This document shows, piece by piece, positions 40,209 through 50,008 of a DNA stretch of 64,000 bases. This DNA is from Campylobacterales bacterium (lineage in GTDB: Bacteria; Campylobacterota; Campylobacteria; Campylobacterales; UBA6016): the NCBI GenBank assembly GCA_041915365.1, contig JAYSBP010000009.1, positions 4,182 to 68,181 on the forward strand, written 5' to 3'. The translations under genes were made by a program, and so were the position numbers. How positions within the stretch are numbered: position 1 is the stretch's first letter; each line of letters starts with the position of its first letter. The notes under the pieces are model-generated. The model was given only the letters and a program-made list of their open reading frames with translations. It searched no databases and was not told the DNA's origin.

Positions 40209-41201
40209 ATGGCTTTGAAAGTTGCTATTAACGGTTTTGGAAGAATAGGCAGATGCGTGGCTAGAGTAATAGCCAATAGGAGTGATATAGAGCTTGTAGC
40301 GATAAACGACCTAGCGGACATCGAAGAGCTAGCGTATTTGATGAGATATGACACAATTCACGGTAAGTTTAATCAGGACGTTGTTGTGGATAACGGCAAT
40401 CTAATCATCGGCGGTAAAACTGTAAAAGTATTTAGCGAAAAAGACCCTGCAGCTCTTAGGTTTGCAGATGTTGGCGCCGAGATAATGCTTGAGTGTACTG
40501 GGTTATTTTTGGAGCAAGCAAAAGTACAATCGCACCTAGATAACGGAATCAAAAAAGTTATATTTTCTGCTCCCGCAAAAGACGATACACCTACGTTTGT
40601 TTTGGGCGTAAATGACAGTGCATACAACGGCGAGAAGATTATCTCAAATGCGTCTTGTACGACAAACTGCCTTGCACCAATGGTAAAAGTCCTTGATGAT
40701 GCGTTTGGTATCGAAAACGGTCTTATGACGACTATCCACTCATATACAAATGACCAAGCGATTCTTGACATTATCCACAAAAAAGAGAGAAGAAGAGGTA
40801 GGGCTGGTGCGGCAAATATCATCCCTACGACTACGGGTGCGGCAAAAGCTATCGGCCTAGTGCTTCCACACCTAAAAGGCAAGCTAGACGGTCTATCTGT
40901 CAGGGTTCCAACTCCTGACGTATCTATGACGGATCTATCTGCAACGCTTAAAAAACCTGCGACGGCAGCAGAGATAAACGAACTTTTCAGAGAAGCCGCA
41001 AAAGGCGCATTCAAAAATATCATAACCGTGGACGATGAGAAGAGAGTTTCTATGGACTTTAGAACGGATCCATCAAGCTGTATATTCGTAACAGACACGA
41101 CAAAAGTTATCGGCAATACGATAAAAGTAATGGCATGGTATGACAACGAGTGGGGTTATTCAAACAGACTAGTAGATATGGCTGTTAGAATCGGCGCATA
41201 A
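40209..41201 (+). CDS. gapA: Glyceraldehyde-3-phosphate dehydrogenase
   Basis: It has INGFGRIGR, the active site SNASCTTNCLAP and WYDNEWGYS. Confidence 0.95.
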   Translation: MALKVAINGFGRIGRCVARVIANRSDIELVAINDLADIEELAYLMRYDTIHGKFNQDVVVDNGNLIIGGKTVKVFSEKDPAALRFADVGAEIMLECTGLFLEQAKVQSHLDNGIKKVIFSAPAKDDTPTFVLGVNDSAYNGEKIISNASCTTNCLAPMVKVLDDAFGIENGLMTTIHSYTNDQAILDIIHKKERRRGRAGAANIIPTTTGAAKAIGLVLPHLKGKLDGLSVRVPTPDVSMTDLSATLKKPATAAEINELFREAAKGAFKNIITVDDEKRVSMDFRTDPSSCIFVTDTTKVIGNTIKVMAWYDNEWGYSNRLVDMAVRIGA

Positions 41202-41206
41202 ATATC

Positions 41207-41226
41207 GGAGTAGGTTTTCCTACTCC
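41207..41226. terminator. Hairpin between convergent gapA and the MBL-hydrolase gene (possible bidirectional terminator)
   Basis: GGAGTAGG-tttt-CCTACTCC forms an 8-bp perfect stem. Its right arm overlaps the last codons of the minus-strand ORF. There is no strong T-run on either side. Confidence 0.35.
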
Positions 41227-42122
41227 ATCTCCGCTTCTTGAAACGCTACTATTATATTTTTTGGGTTCTCGTCCCAGAGCGCCGCATCTTTAAATTCACT
41301 CATATCAACAGCCTTTGTGATAGTATCCAGCTCTACCCCCTTGTCCATTGCCGCCCTAACCCTCGAATGCAAAGCATTCATGTAGGAGAGCGCAAAGTCG
41401 TATGACTCCCTTCCTGTCGTCTTGCCATGACCACCTATTATATGTTTGAAGTCTAATTTTCCTATTTCTTTCAATGCCTCCAGTGAACCTTTTGTGCTCC
41501 CATCCCTTATTGGAAGTATCATTTGGCTGTATGCTATGTCGCCAGCAATAACTGTTTTTGCCGCCCTATAGTAAACGATCAAATCCGAGTTTGTGTGTGC
41601 TTTTTTAGATGGCTTGAATACGATGAGTTCTCCTCTTTTTGCTTTTATAGTGATATTGTTGTCTATGTATTCATCTGGTAAGGTGACTACGCTTTTATCC
41701 CAAGCCTCGGGTGATACGGCTTTTTTGTAGCTATCAAATCTCTCCGGTATTTTTGAGTACGCCTCTTTTATATTTGCATCCCCGATAATTTTTATTTTTT
41801 GTTCATGGTAGTATGAGTTGCCGCCAAGGTGGTCGTTGTGATAGTGAGTATTGAGGACAAGCGTTATTTTTTTACCCATTGTTTTTTGTATTTTTTCGGC
41901 GGCCTCTTTTGCGTATTTGTAAGTTGGTCCAGTATCCACAGCCAATATCCCGTTATCTAGCTCTATATAGCAGCTATTTACGATATTGCCGTTATTTGTG
42001 GTATTTGGGGCGCCAGGGTTGCCGAATATACAGTATACGCCGTTTTCTACTTTTATCGGCTTTAGGTCGTAGTCAAAGCCAAATAGGCAGACACCGATAG
42101 ATAGCAAGAGTAGCTTTTTCAT
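41220..42122 (-). CDS. Secreted MBL-fold metallo-hydrolase
   Basis: It has an N-terminal signal peptide and the HYHNDHLGG (HxHxDH) motif, with later H and D ligands. Confidence 0.75.
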   Translation of the reverse strand: MKKLLLLSIGVCLFGFDYDLKPIKVENGVYCIFGNPGAPNTTNNGNIVNSCYIELDNGILAVDTGPTYKYAKEAAEKIQKTMGKKITLVLNTHYHNDHLGGNSYYHEQKIKIIGDANIKEAYSKIPERFDSYKKAVSPEAWDKSVVTLPDEYIDNNITIKAKRGELIVFKPSKKAHTNSDLIVYYRAAKTVIAGDIAYSQMILPIRDGSTKGSLEALKEIGKLDFKHIIGGHGKTTGRESYDFALSYMNALHSRVRAAMDKGVELDTITKAVDMSEFKDAALWDENPKNIIVAFQEAEME

Positions 42123-42182
42123 CTCACATCCTAGTATAATTTTTATTTATTTTACACTGCGGAAGTAAAATTGGCGTAAATT

Positions 42183-43493
42183 TTATAGACCCTGCTTTAT
42201 CATAGCATCGGCGACACGCCTGAAGCCTGCTATATTTGCACCCATTTTGATATTATTTTGCTGATTAAACTCAGTCGCCGCATCTTTGCACTCATCAAAA
42301 ATATTTTGCATAATTGATTTAAGTTTTGCGTCTATCTCCGTGCGTGAAAGCTGTAAAAACAGAGCGTCTTGTCCCATTTCGAGCCCGCTTACGGCCACAC
42401 CCCCTGCATTTGCCGCTTTTGACGGAGCGTACGGCACCCCAAGATCTATAAGTAAATCCGCCGCCTCGTTTGTTAAAGGCATATTTGCACCCTCTATTAC
42501 CGCTTTTACGCCATTTTGGACCATTGCCTTTGCGCCGTCTATGTCAACCTCGTTTTGTGTAGCGCAAAAAAACGCATAATCACAAGTCACATCGGTGATT
42601 TTAATAGTTTTGTATGAGCCGTTATCATAAGTCAAAAGAGAGGCTCTATCAACCTCTTTTATCTTCTTAATTTTGTCGATGTCAACGCCGTTTTCATCAA
42701 CTAGCACGCCGCCTCTATCGGAGCATGCTATTACCTTTGCTCCAAGCTGCGTTAATTTTTCCATCGCATATATGGCTACGTTACCACTGCCGCTTACTAT
42801 GCACTTTTTGCCCTCAAATCCAAGTCCATAGTGCGACAGCATTGCCTGCGCAAAATACACGGCTCCATACCCAGTAGCTTCACGTCTGCCAAAACTTCCG
42901 CCAAAAAGTGGTGATTTACCAGTAAGCGCACCGTCAAAAAGTCCTGTTATTTTTTTGTATTCACCGAACATATACCCGATTTCACGTTCGCCGACACCTA
43001 TGTCTCCTGCTGGAATATCGGTGTGTGCTCCTATATGTGGCGCAAGGGCTCTGATAAACGCCTTGCAAAAACGCATAATTTCTCTATCCGATTTACCTTT
43101 TGGGTCAAAGTCTGAACCACCTTTTGCGCCGCCTAGCATTAGTCCCGTTAGGGAGTTTTTGAAAGCCTGCTCAAAACCCAAAAATTTAAGCGTCGAGAGG
43201 TCAACACCTTTTTCAAATCTGAGTCCACCCTTATACGGCCCAAGGACAGAGCTAAACTGCACTCTTGTGCCCCTGTTTATCTCTATCGTTCCATCGTCCC
43301 TCTCCCAGACTATCCGAAATTTTATGATTTTTTCAGGCTCACTGATTCGCTCTAGGACTTTGTGTTTTTCGTATATGTCATTTGAAGATAAAAGCGGAGA
43401 TATGGAGCCAAAGACCTCGGAGACCGCCTCCAAAAACTCGGCTTGATGCGAGTATTTTTGCGTTAAATCGTCTAAAACTTTTGAGATGTACAA
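42183..43493 (-). CDS. gdhA: Glutamate dehydrogenase (NADP-type hexameric family)
   Basis: It has the active-site region GPYKGGLRF and LGGAKGG, and the dinucleotide fold GSGNVA. Confidence 0.93.
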   Translation of the reverse strand: MYISKVLDDLTQKYSHQAEFLEAVSEVFGSISPLLSSNDIYEKHKVLERISEPEKIIKFRIVWERDDGTIEINRGTRVQFSSVLGPYKGGLRFEKGVDLSTLKFLGFEQAFKNSLTGLMLGGAKGGSDFDPKGKSDREIMRFCKAFIRALAPHIGAHTDIPAGDIGVGEREIGYMFGEYKKITGLFDGALTGKSPLFGGSFGRREATGYGAVYFAQAMLSHYGLGFEGKKCIVSGSGNVAIYAMEKLTQLGAKVIACSDRGGVLVDENGVDIDKIKKIKEVDRASLLTYDNGSYKTIKITDVTCDYAFFCATQNEVDIDGAKAMVQNGVKAVIEGANMPLTNEAADLLIDLGVPYAPSKAANAGGVAVSGLEMGQDALFLQLSRTEIDAKLKSIMQNIFDECKDAATEFNQQNNIKMGANIAGFRRVADAMIKQGL

Positions 43494-43523
43494 AGCAGTA
43501 TCCTTTTTTACTAAGGATACATA

Positions 43524-43994
43524 CTAAGGGTTTAAATTTTCCTCTTGTTTTGCGGCCTCTTTTTGAGCTTTTTTGAGAATTTTACACTCTTCTTTTGATG
43601 TGGCGGCCTCTGTTTCTACTTCAAACCATTTGTCATTCATTGTTTTGTCATCACACGGTGGAGCTTTTTCGTCGCATTGGCTTAGAGCCTCCGCTTTGTC
43701 AGGGCAGGCTCTGACGCACTCGCCACAGTAAATACACAGATATGGATTGTAGTGGTATGTAAACTCAAAACTCTCTCTATTTTGCGTAAAAAGTATCGCC
43801 CCTGGGGGACAGACCACTTCGCAGTTGAGGCAAAAAATACACTTTTCCACCTCATACAAGATAAGACCTCTCGCCTCTTTGTTTTTAGGGCTCTCCTCAA
43901 AAGGATAGTTGATTGTTGCCGGTTTTGAAAACATATTTGTTAGTGCGTTTACCATTGACTTTATCATTTTTACCTCGCCGTACACGATAAACAA
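43524..43994 (-). CDS. echF: Ech-type hydrogenase 2x[4Fe-4S] ferredoxin subunit (NuoI/HycF-like)
   Basis: It has two CxxCxxCxxxCP motifs (CIFCLNCEVVCP and CIYCGECVRACP) and a K/E-rich tail. Confidence 0.75.
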   Translation of the reverse strand: MFIVYGEVKMIKSMVNALTNMFSKPATINYPFEESPKNKEARGLILYEVEKCIFCLNCEVVCPPGAILFTQNRESFEFTYHYNPYLCIYCGECVRACPDKAEALSQCDEKAPPCDDKTMNDKWFEVETEAATSKEECKILKKAQKEAAKQEENLNP

Positions 43995-45055
43995 GGATCA
44001 AATGAGGCGACTATCGCCGGTACGTCCGCATAGTTTTGCCCTTTTAGCGCTTCCACCATGGCTGGCACGGAGCCAAACGTCGGCGTTTTGATTCTTACCC
44101 TGTCCAGATATTGCGCTTTTGAACCTTTGAGGTAATAAAAGCACTCGCCTCTCGGTGCTTCGACCCTCATATAGCTCTCACCCTCAGGCATACCCCGCAC
44201 CTTGGTGCTTATATCACCCTCCGGCATCCCGTCAAGAGCGGCTTCGATAAGGCGGATGCTCTCAAAAACCTCTTTTAGTCTTACCATGTTTCTAGCGTGA
44301 ACATCTCCGCCATCCATCACTATGCTTTTGAATCCAAGTTCTGCGTACGGGAGGTAATCGCTCTCGTTTCTAACGTCAAAATCGACCCCGCTAGCTCTAG
44401 CAAGAGGCCCTAAGGCAGAGTTTGTCAAGGCATTTTCTTTTGTGATTACGCCGACGCCTTTGTATTTCAAAGACAAGCTCCAGTTACTCAAAAATAGCTC
44501 TTCAATTTCGCCAACTTTTTGTTTTAACAGCGAAAGTTTACCCCTCACTATGCTCTCAATGTCGCCGCTTATATCTTTGTTTACACCGCCTATGGATATG
44601 TAGTCAAACTGCACACGGTTTCCGGTCATCGTCTCCTGAGCCTCCATCACAAGCTCTCTATCTTTCATTGTCCTCATAAAAAGCGCCTCAAAACCGGCAT
44701 TTTCGGCCGTGTGCGCTAGACAAAGCAGATGTGAGTGGATGCGGTCCAATTCATTTGCGATAATACGTAGATATGAAGCTCTTTTTGGGACTTCAAGACC
44801 GAGTAGCTCTTCGCACGCTAGCGTATAGCAGGTGGAGTGTATGATGGCGCACAGTCCGCAGACACGGGCGACGACGTAGCCCACTTGTTTGAATTTGAAT
44901 TTTGTAGTGCAGGCAAGCTCTACCCCTCTATGTACATACCCAACATCTGCCTCTACGCCGATAATCTTCTCATTTTCGCATTCAAAACTAAATCTTACAG
45001 GCTCCAAAAGAGCTATGTGTTGACTTCCTAGCGGAATATTTATGGTCTTGCTCAT
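43970..45055 (-). CDS. echE: Group 4 [NiFe]-hydrogenase large subunit (NuoD/EchE-like)
   Basis: The 361-aa product has the N-terminal Ni motif RVCGLCAIIH and the C-terminal motif DPCLSCTAR, which is followed directly by the stop codon. Confidence 0.8.
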   Translation of the reverse strand: MSKTINIPLGSQHIALLEPVRFSFECENEKIIGVEADVGYVHRGVELACTTKFKFKQVGYVVARVCGLCAIIHSTCYTLACEELLGLEVPKRASYLRIIANELDRIHSHLLCLAHTAENAGFEALFMRTMKDRELVMEAQETMTGNRVQFDYISIGGVNKDISGDIESIVRGKLSLLKQKVGEIEELFLSNWSLSLKYKGVGVITKENALTNSALGPLARASGVDFDVRNESDYLPYAELGFKSIVMDGGDVHARNMVRLKEVFESIRLIEAALDGMPEGDISTKVRGMPEGESYMRVEAPRGECFYYLKGSKAQYLDRVRIKTPTFGSVPAMVEALKGQNYADVPAIVASFDPCLSCTAR

Positions 45056-45399
45056 CTTTTTATCCTTAGCGGATTTTCTACGCCGTCCACCTCTATGAAC
45101 ATCCCTTTGACGCTTCCTTCAAAGTTAGCACCCAGCAAGTCTTTTAGCTCGCCCTCGTACATTCTGGCTGTAGGCAATATGTCTTGCAGGCTTGGGAGTG
45201 TCTCATCGGGCGAGGCTTTGGCGGCAAATACTTTCCACTCCTCTTTTGCTTTTATCTTTGTGAAGCACCACTGTATCTCCAGCTCATCGTTTTCAAAAAG
45301 GCCGCTTATGCAGACAAAATGCCAAATATTTTTGTCGTAAAACTCCGTCACTTTTGATTTTATGTCGTTTATATCTATAAACTCTTTGGTTGTTTTCAT
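45052..45399 (-). CDS. echD: Small NuoC-like subunit (in the EchD position)
   Basis: The 115-aa product has ARMYEGELKDLLGANFEG, which resembles the NuoC motif A.W.ERE..D.FG..F.G. Confidence 0.6.
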   Translation of the reverse strand: MKTTKEFIDINDIKSKVTEFYDKNIWHFVCISGLFENDELEIQWCFTKIKAKEEWKVFAAKASPDETLPSLQDILPTARMYEGELKDLLGANFEGSVKGMFIEVDGVENPLRIKR

Positions 45400-45914
45400 A
45401 TCTTACCCGCCATTTTTGTCCTATCCGTTTGCCCGTCTTTTTGGGTTATCTCGCCTAGTAGTTTTTTTGGTTTTTCTATCTCTTTTGTTTTTTGCTCCAA
45501 AATCACTAGAGCCTTCGCCACGCCGTCTATTATCTGCTCTGGGTGTGGGGCGCAACCGCCTATGTATACGTCAACGGGGATATATCTATCTATTCCGTCT
45601 TCGACGTTGTACATTCCACGAAATACGCCTCCCGTGGACGTACAAGAGCCGCATGCGACTACGACTTTTGGTTCCGGCATCTGTGAATACAGCTCGACTA
45701 GCCTCTCTCTGCTTCTTTTTGTGACCGGACCAGTGACCAAAAATATGTCTGATTGCTTTGGATTTCCGGTGTTTTTGACCCCTAGTCTCTCTAGGTCGTA
45801 TTTTGGCGCAAGGCAGGCTAGTATCTCTATGTCGCAGCCGTTGCAGCTTCCTGCGTTGTAGTGAAGCAACCATGGTGATTTAGCTCTAAATTTTTTTAAA
45901 AACTCTTTTATCAT
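45396..45914 (-). CDS. echC: Group 4 hydrogenase small subunit (NuoB/EchC-like)
   Basis: It has the Cys ligands of a single proximal [4Fe-4S] cluster, CNGCDIE...ACGSC...GGCAPHPE. Confidence 0.8.
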   Translation of the reverse strand: MIKEFLKKFRAKSPWLLHYNAGSCNGCDIEILACLAPKYDLERLGVKNTGNPKQSDIFLVTGPVTKRSRERLVELYSQMPEPKVVVACGSCTSTGGVFRGMYNVEDGIDRYIPVDVYIGGCAPHPEQIIDGVAKALVILEQKTKEIEKPKKLLGEITQKDGQTDRTKMAGKI

Positions 45915-46732
45915 GAAATTACGCCTAGTATGATATTGAGCGCCGCAAGGGCAAACGCAAACTTGTAGATTATTTTTACAAGGTCTTGATATTTGACTCT
46001 AGCGGTGGAGTTGTCGGCAAGCAGTATCACAAAGAACGATATGCCGACAAGCAATGCTCCAAGCAAGAAATTATGCCCGCCAAACAAAAACACGAGGCTA
46101 AATACAAAAAGCATATCAAGCCACTTTGCCGTATAGACAGCCTCATAAAAGATACCCGAAAACTCTATTTCGGCTCCGCCTACTATCTCTTGATGCGCTT
46201 CTGCGGCATCAAAAGGGGATTTTTTGAGGAGGCCAGGCATTGCTATAAGGAGTGCTAAAAACCCTACGAAAGAAATAGATAGCGTAGACTTGGTTTCTAA
46301 TATTTTTGACACCTCAAAGCTTCCGGTGTGCAGATAAAAAGCTATCGCCGTAAGAATGAGTATCGGCTCTAGAGCTGATATGGCGATAAGCTCTCTAGTC
46401 GAGCCTATGCGGCTATACGTCGATTTTGCAGAGTATCCGGCCACTATCAAAAGCGACGTTGAGAGCAGATGAAAAAATATCGCAACCAACAAATCTCCGC
46501 CAAAAAATAGCACGGAAAGAGCCACCCATGCAGCCAAAAAGTGCATTATCCCCATAAATGCGTGGTATGAGTGAAGTATCATAGGTCTTTTATCTGCTAG
46601 TTTGAAGAGGTCATAGAAAGGCTGGAGCAGGGGAGGGCCCATACGCGACTGCATTCTAGCTTTTAGCTTTCTTTCTATGCCGTACAAAATTCCGCCGATA
46701 ACAGGGGCAAAAATAGTCAGTAACCAGCTCAT
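45911..46732 (-). CDS. echB: Membrane subunit NuoH/HycD/EchB-like
   Basis: The 273-aa polytopic product has the N-terminal ER....RMQ.R.GP motif (IERKLKARMQSRMGPP). Confidence 0.75.
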   Translation of the reverse strand: MSWLLTIFAPVIGGILYGIERKLKARMQSRMGPPLLQPFYDLFKLADKRPMILHSYHAFMGIMHFLAAWVALSVLFFGGDLLVAIFFHLLSTSLLIVAGYSAKSTYSRIGSTRELIAISALEPILILTAIAFYLHTGSFEVSKILETKSTLSISFVGFLALLIAMPGLLKKSPFDAAEAHQEIVGGAEIEFSGIFYEAVYTAKWLDMLFVFSLVFLFGGHNFLLGALLVGISFFVILLADNSTARVKYQDLVKIIYKFAFALAALNIILGVIS

Positions 46733-48567
46733 ATATTTAGCGCTCCCATTATGATGATAACAGCAAAAAGTATTGCGCCGAGTATGCTTGCAAATTTTTC
46801 TATATTTTTTGCAGGGTTAAAATAAAATGAATAAGCGTGAGCCTCTATTCTCTCTCCGCATGTATACGGGGTCGCTTTGTCGACACCTTTTAGCTTGATT
46901 TTTGCGGCAAGTATTGGGGCTATTCCAAGGAGCAAAAACGCTGCTAGTATATGCCAAAATTTGAGCGTTCCAAAAGGGAGTTCGATATCCCAAAAGTTTG
47001 ATGCTATAGGTACAATCGCTTTTGCCACAAACTCTGCATTTTCTTTGAAAAAGCTGCTTATGGCAGGGGAGACGAAGACGGCAAATAGCAATAGCGACAC
47101 GCCGAGGACAAAAGGGGCTATGAGATATGAGCCATCCTCTTTTTCGCTCTTTTGGCCATCGTTTGCAACGAATCTGCCAACGGTTTTGAAATAAAGCAAA
47201 GTGAGCGCAACACTTCCAACGGCTATAAAAAACAGCAAAAATGCAATAAGTAGACCGCCAAAGCCAACAACACCCTCGTATGCTAGCCATTTTGCAAAGA
47301 AAACGCCAAACGGTGGGAGGGCGATGGATAAAAATCCAAGAACTATAAGGGATGTTAGTATCGGTGCTTTGCCGATAAGCCCCTCTACGGCCTCAATGCT
47401 TTTTATGTGGTATTTTTTTTCCAAAATCCCTGCACACATAAATAGCATCGCTTTTGATACGCCGTGAAAAATTATGAGAAGCATACAGGCAAGTATTGTA
47501 AGAGGGGTGCCAAGAGCGGCCGTCAAAACCATAAGCCCAAGTAGCGAGATGGTTGAGTATGCGAGTATCTTTTTGAAGCTATCTTCCCTTAGTGCAAGCG
47601 CCGCTGATACCAAAAACGAGACGGCTCCAACAGCCGCTACTCCCGCCCCGATGGCTGAGCCTGCTATTGCGGGAGAGATTTTTAGTATGAGATACGGGGC
47701 TATTTTGACCATTGTAGATGAGTGGAGTATTGCACTGACCGGCGTTGGGGCTACCATTGCCCCAAGTAGCCATGTCGAGAATGGGATTTGAGCCCCTTTG
47801 ATGAGTGCCGCAATCGACACAAGGGCGCAAAAAAACATCAAATGCTCGCCGCCATGAGCCAAAATCTCAGAGATATAGACCGTGTGAAACTGGCTTTTTG
47901 CCACAAGTGCGGCGATAAGAAGCGCTACGCCGCCTATTTGGTTCATCCAAAGCGCAGTCCTCGCATTCTCTTTTGACTCTTCGTTGTCTCTAAAGCCGAT
48001 AAGCCAGAAGCTAGCAAGCGTGGTTAGCTCAAAAAATAAAAACAACCATTTGATATTGTCCGCCGATACGAGCACATTCATAACACCCAAAAAAGCCGTC
48101 AAAATCGCCAAAAATAGGGCTTGTTTTGATGTGTCTGCCGTCTCGTCTTTGATGTATCTTGTCGCATAAATTAAAATAAGCGAGCCGACTATATTGATAA
48201 GTAAAAACATAAATACGGAGAGCTTGTCGACTACTATGTCATATCCACTTTTGGCCTCGAAACTCTCTAGCGCAAACAAAATTGCGATTTGGATAAGGCT
48301 CAAAAATAGTATTTTTTTGTTTTCGGTTTTGAAGCCTATATATGCGAAGTATCCCAGTAATATAGTGTCAAAAACTAAAAACGGAAGTGAGAGATAGGAG
48401 GCCCCAATACTAAAAGCGGCCTCATAATATATGTACGAAAGTATCGACGCCGATACAAGAAATGTGGAGGCTACTATAGCGATAACACCGGCCTGCCTCT
48501 TGAACACAAGCATCGCGGTAGACAAAACAAATGGAAGCAAAAATAGGGTCAAGATGTACTCTTGCAT
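46729..48567 (-). CDS. echA: Antiporter-like membrane subunit NuoL/HycC/EchA-like
   Basis: The 612-aa product is highly hydrophobic with about 14 or more transmembrane segments. It is the first gene of six overlapping, co-directional genes. Confidence 0.75.
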   Translation of the reverse strand: MQEYILTLFLLPFVLSTAMLVFKRQAGVIAIVASTFLVSASILSYIYYEAAFSIGASYLSLPFLVFDTILLGYFAYIGFKTENKKILFLSLIQIAILFALESFEAKSGYDIVVDKLSVFMFLLINIVGSLILIYATRYIKDETADTSKQALFLAILTAFLGVMNVLVSADNIKWLFLFFELTTLASFWLIGFRDNEESKENARTALWMNQIGGVALLIAALVAKSQFHTVYISEILAHGGEHLMFFCALVSIAALIKGAQIPFSTWLLGAMVAPTPVSAILHSSTMVKIAPYLILKISPAIAGSAIGAGVAAVGAVSFLVSAALALREDSFKKILAYSTISLLGLMVLTAALGTPLTILACMLLIIFHGVSKAMLFMCAGILEKKYHIKSIEAVEGLIGKAPILTSLIVLGFLSIALPPFGVFFAKWLAYEGVVGFGGLLIAFLLFFIAVGSVALTLLYFKTVGRFVANDGQKSEKEDGSYLIAPFVLGVSLLLFAVFVSPAISSFFKENAEFVAKAIVPIASNFWDIELPFGTLKFWHILAAFLLLGIAPILAAKIKLKGVDKATPYTCGERIEAHAYSFYFNPAKNIEKFASILGAILFAVIIIMGALNI

Positions 48568-48626
48568 GCACGCTCTTTTTGTGGATTAAAAAGATTTTAC
48601 CCTAAAAAGTTTACGACGTTGTTACT

Positions 48627-49997
48627 CTATTTTAAAAAGTTATTTATTCTCTCTATCGCTTCATCTTTGCCGACTATCGCTAAAAGCTCATTTATCGACG
48701 GACTTTGCGTTGAGCCTGTAAGAGCTATCCTTATTGGCATACCGAGGCGAGGCATCTTAAGCTCACGTGAGGCCAAAAATTCGTCGATTACCGTTTTGAA
48801 CTCGTGCTCGTCTTTTGCATTGGAGTTTTGTAAAGTCTGGCTAAACGCTTTTAGTATATCTTTTGCCTCATCGTTGATATTCTTCGCAACAGCAGTTTCA
48901 TCGTAGCCTGTAGGTGTTTTTGCCATTGAATTTATCGCAGCGGCCAGCTCTATTAGCGTTTTTGCCCTCTCGAGAGCATTTTTGAACATCAACTCCTCAT
49001 TTTGTCCGAAGCCATCGCATCCAAAATCTTTTAATAATGTTTTGAGCTCGTTTATCGGTGTTTTTTTGAGGTATTCGCCGTTTATCCAGTTTAGTTTTTC
49101 TAGGTTGTATTGGCTTGCCGATTTGTTGATATTTGACGGGTCAAAGAGGCTTAGCATCTCATCTATCGAGAATAGCTCTTGATCACCGTGCGACCAGCCG
49201 AGACGGACTAGGAAGTTAAGAAGTGCTTGCGGTAGATAGCCAAGCGTTTTATATTCCATTACGTCCGCCGCACCGTCTCTTTTTGAGAGTTTTTTGCCGC
49301 CGTCGCCCAGTATCATCGGTACATGATAAAATTTTGGGACCTTAAAGCCTAGTGCTTCGTATAGAACTATCTGTTTTGGAGTGTTACTGGTGTGGTCGTC
49401 ACCCCTAATAACTTCCGTCACACCCATCAAAGCGTCATCGATTACGACTACGAAGTTATATGTAGGTGTACCGTCGGAGCGAGCGATAATGAAGTCATCT
49501 AGCTCTTTTGCTCCAAAAGAGAGCTTCCCTTTTACGCCATCATCAAATTCGATTACGCCATCAAGTGGGGCTTTGATACGCACTACTGGCTCTACGCCTT
49601 CAACCGGTGGGAGTTTGCCGTCTCTGTATCTGCCGTCATATCTTGGTTGTCCACCTGCGGCTTGTTGTTCCTCTCTTAGGGCATCTAGCTCCTCTTTTGA
49701 CATATAGCAGTGGTATGCTTTACCCTCATCTAGTAGCTTCTTGACGTACTCTTTGTAGATGTCAAATCTTTTTGACTGATATGCCACCTCCCCATCGTAG
49801 TTTAGCCCCACCCAGTCAAATGCCTCTAGTATAGCGTGCAAAGCCTCTTCGGAGTTTCTGCTGAGGTCGGTGTCTTCTATTCTAAGCAGGAATTTTCCGT
49901 TTTGTTTTCTGGCCCAAAGCCAGCTAAATAGCGCCGTTCGTAGGCCACCTATGTGCAAAAAGCCCGTAGGAGACGGGGCAAATCTTGTTACTACCAT
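48627..49997 (-). CDS. gltX: Glutamyl-tRNA synthetase
   Basis: It has RFAPSPTGFLHIGG (the HIGH motif) and KLSKR (the KMSKS motif). Confidence 0.95.
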   Translation of the reverse strand: MVVTRFAPSPTGFLHIGGLRTALFSWLWARKQNGKFLLRIEDTDLSRNSEEALHAILEAFDWVGLNYDGEVAYQSKRFDIYKEYVKKLLDEGKAYHCYMSKEELDALREEQQAAGGQPRYDGRYRDGKLPPVEGVEPVVRIKAPLDGVIEFDDGVKGKLSFGAKELDDFIIARSDGTPTYNFVVVIDDALMGVTEVIRGDDHTSNTPKQIVLYEALGFKVPKFYHVPMILGDGGKKLSKRDGAADVMEYKTLGYLPQALLNFLVRLGWSHGDQELFSIDEMLSLFDPSNINKSASQYNLEKLNWINGEYLKKTPINELKTLLKDFGCDGFGQNEELMFKNALERAKTLIELAAAINSMAKTPTGYDETAVAKNINDEAKDILKAFSQTLQNSNAKDEHEFKTVIDEFLASRELKMPRLGMPIRIALTGSTQSPSINELLAIVGKDEAIERINNFLK

Positions 49998-50008
49998 TGT
50001 TTCGCTTC

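Noticed and set aside
40373-41146. A 257-aa ORF antisense to gapA.
   Set aside because: gapA on the plus strand has unambiguous catalytic motifs. The antisense product is Ser/Thr/Phe-rich with no recognisable features, as is typical of long shadow ORFs.
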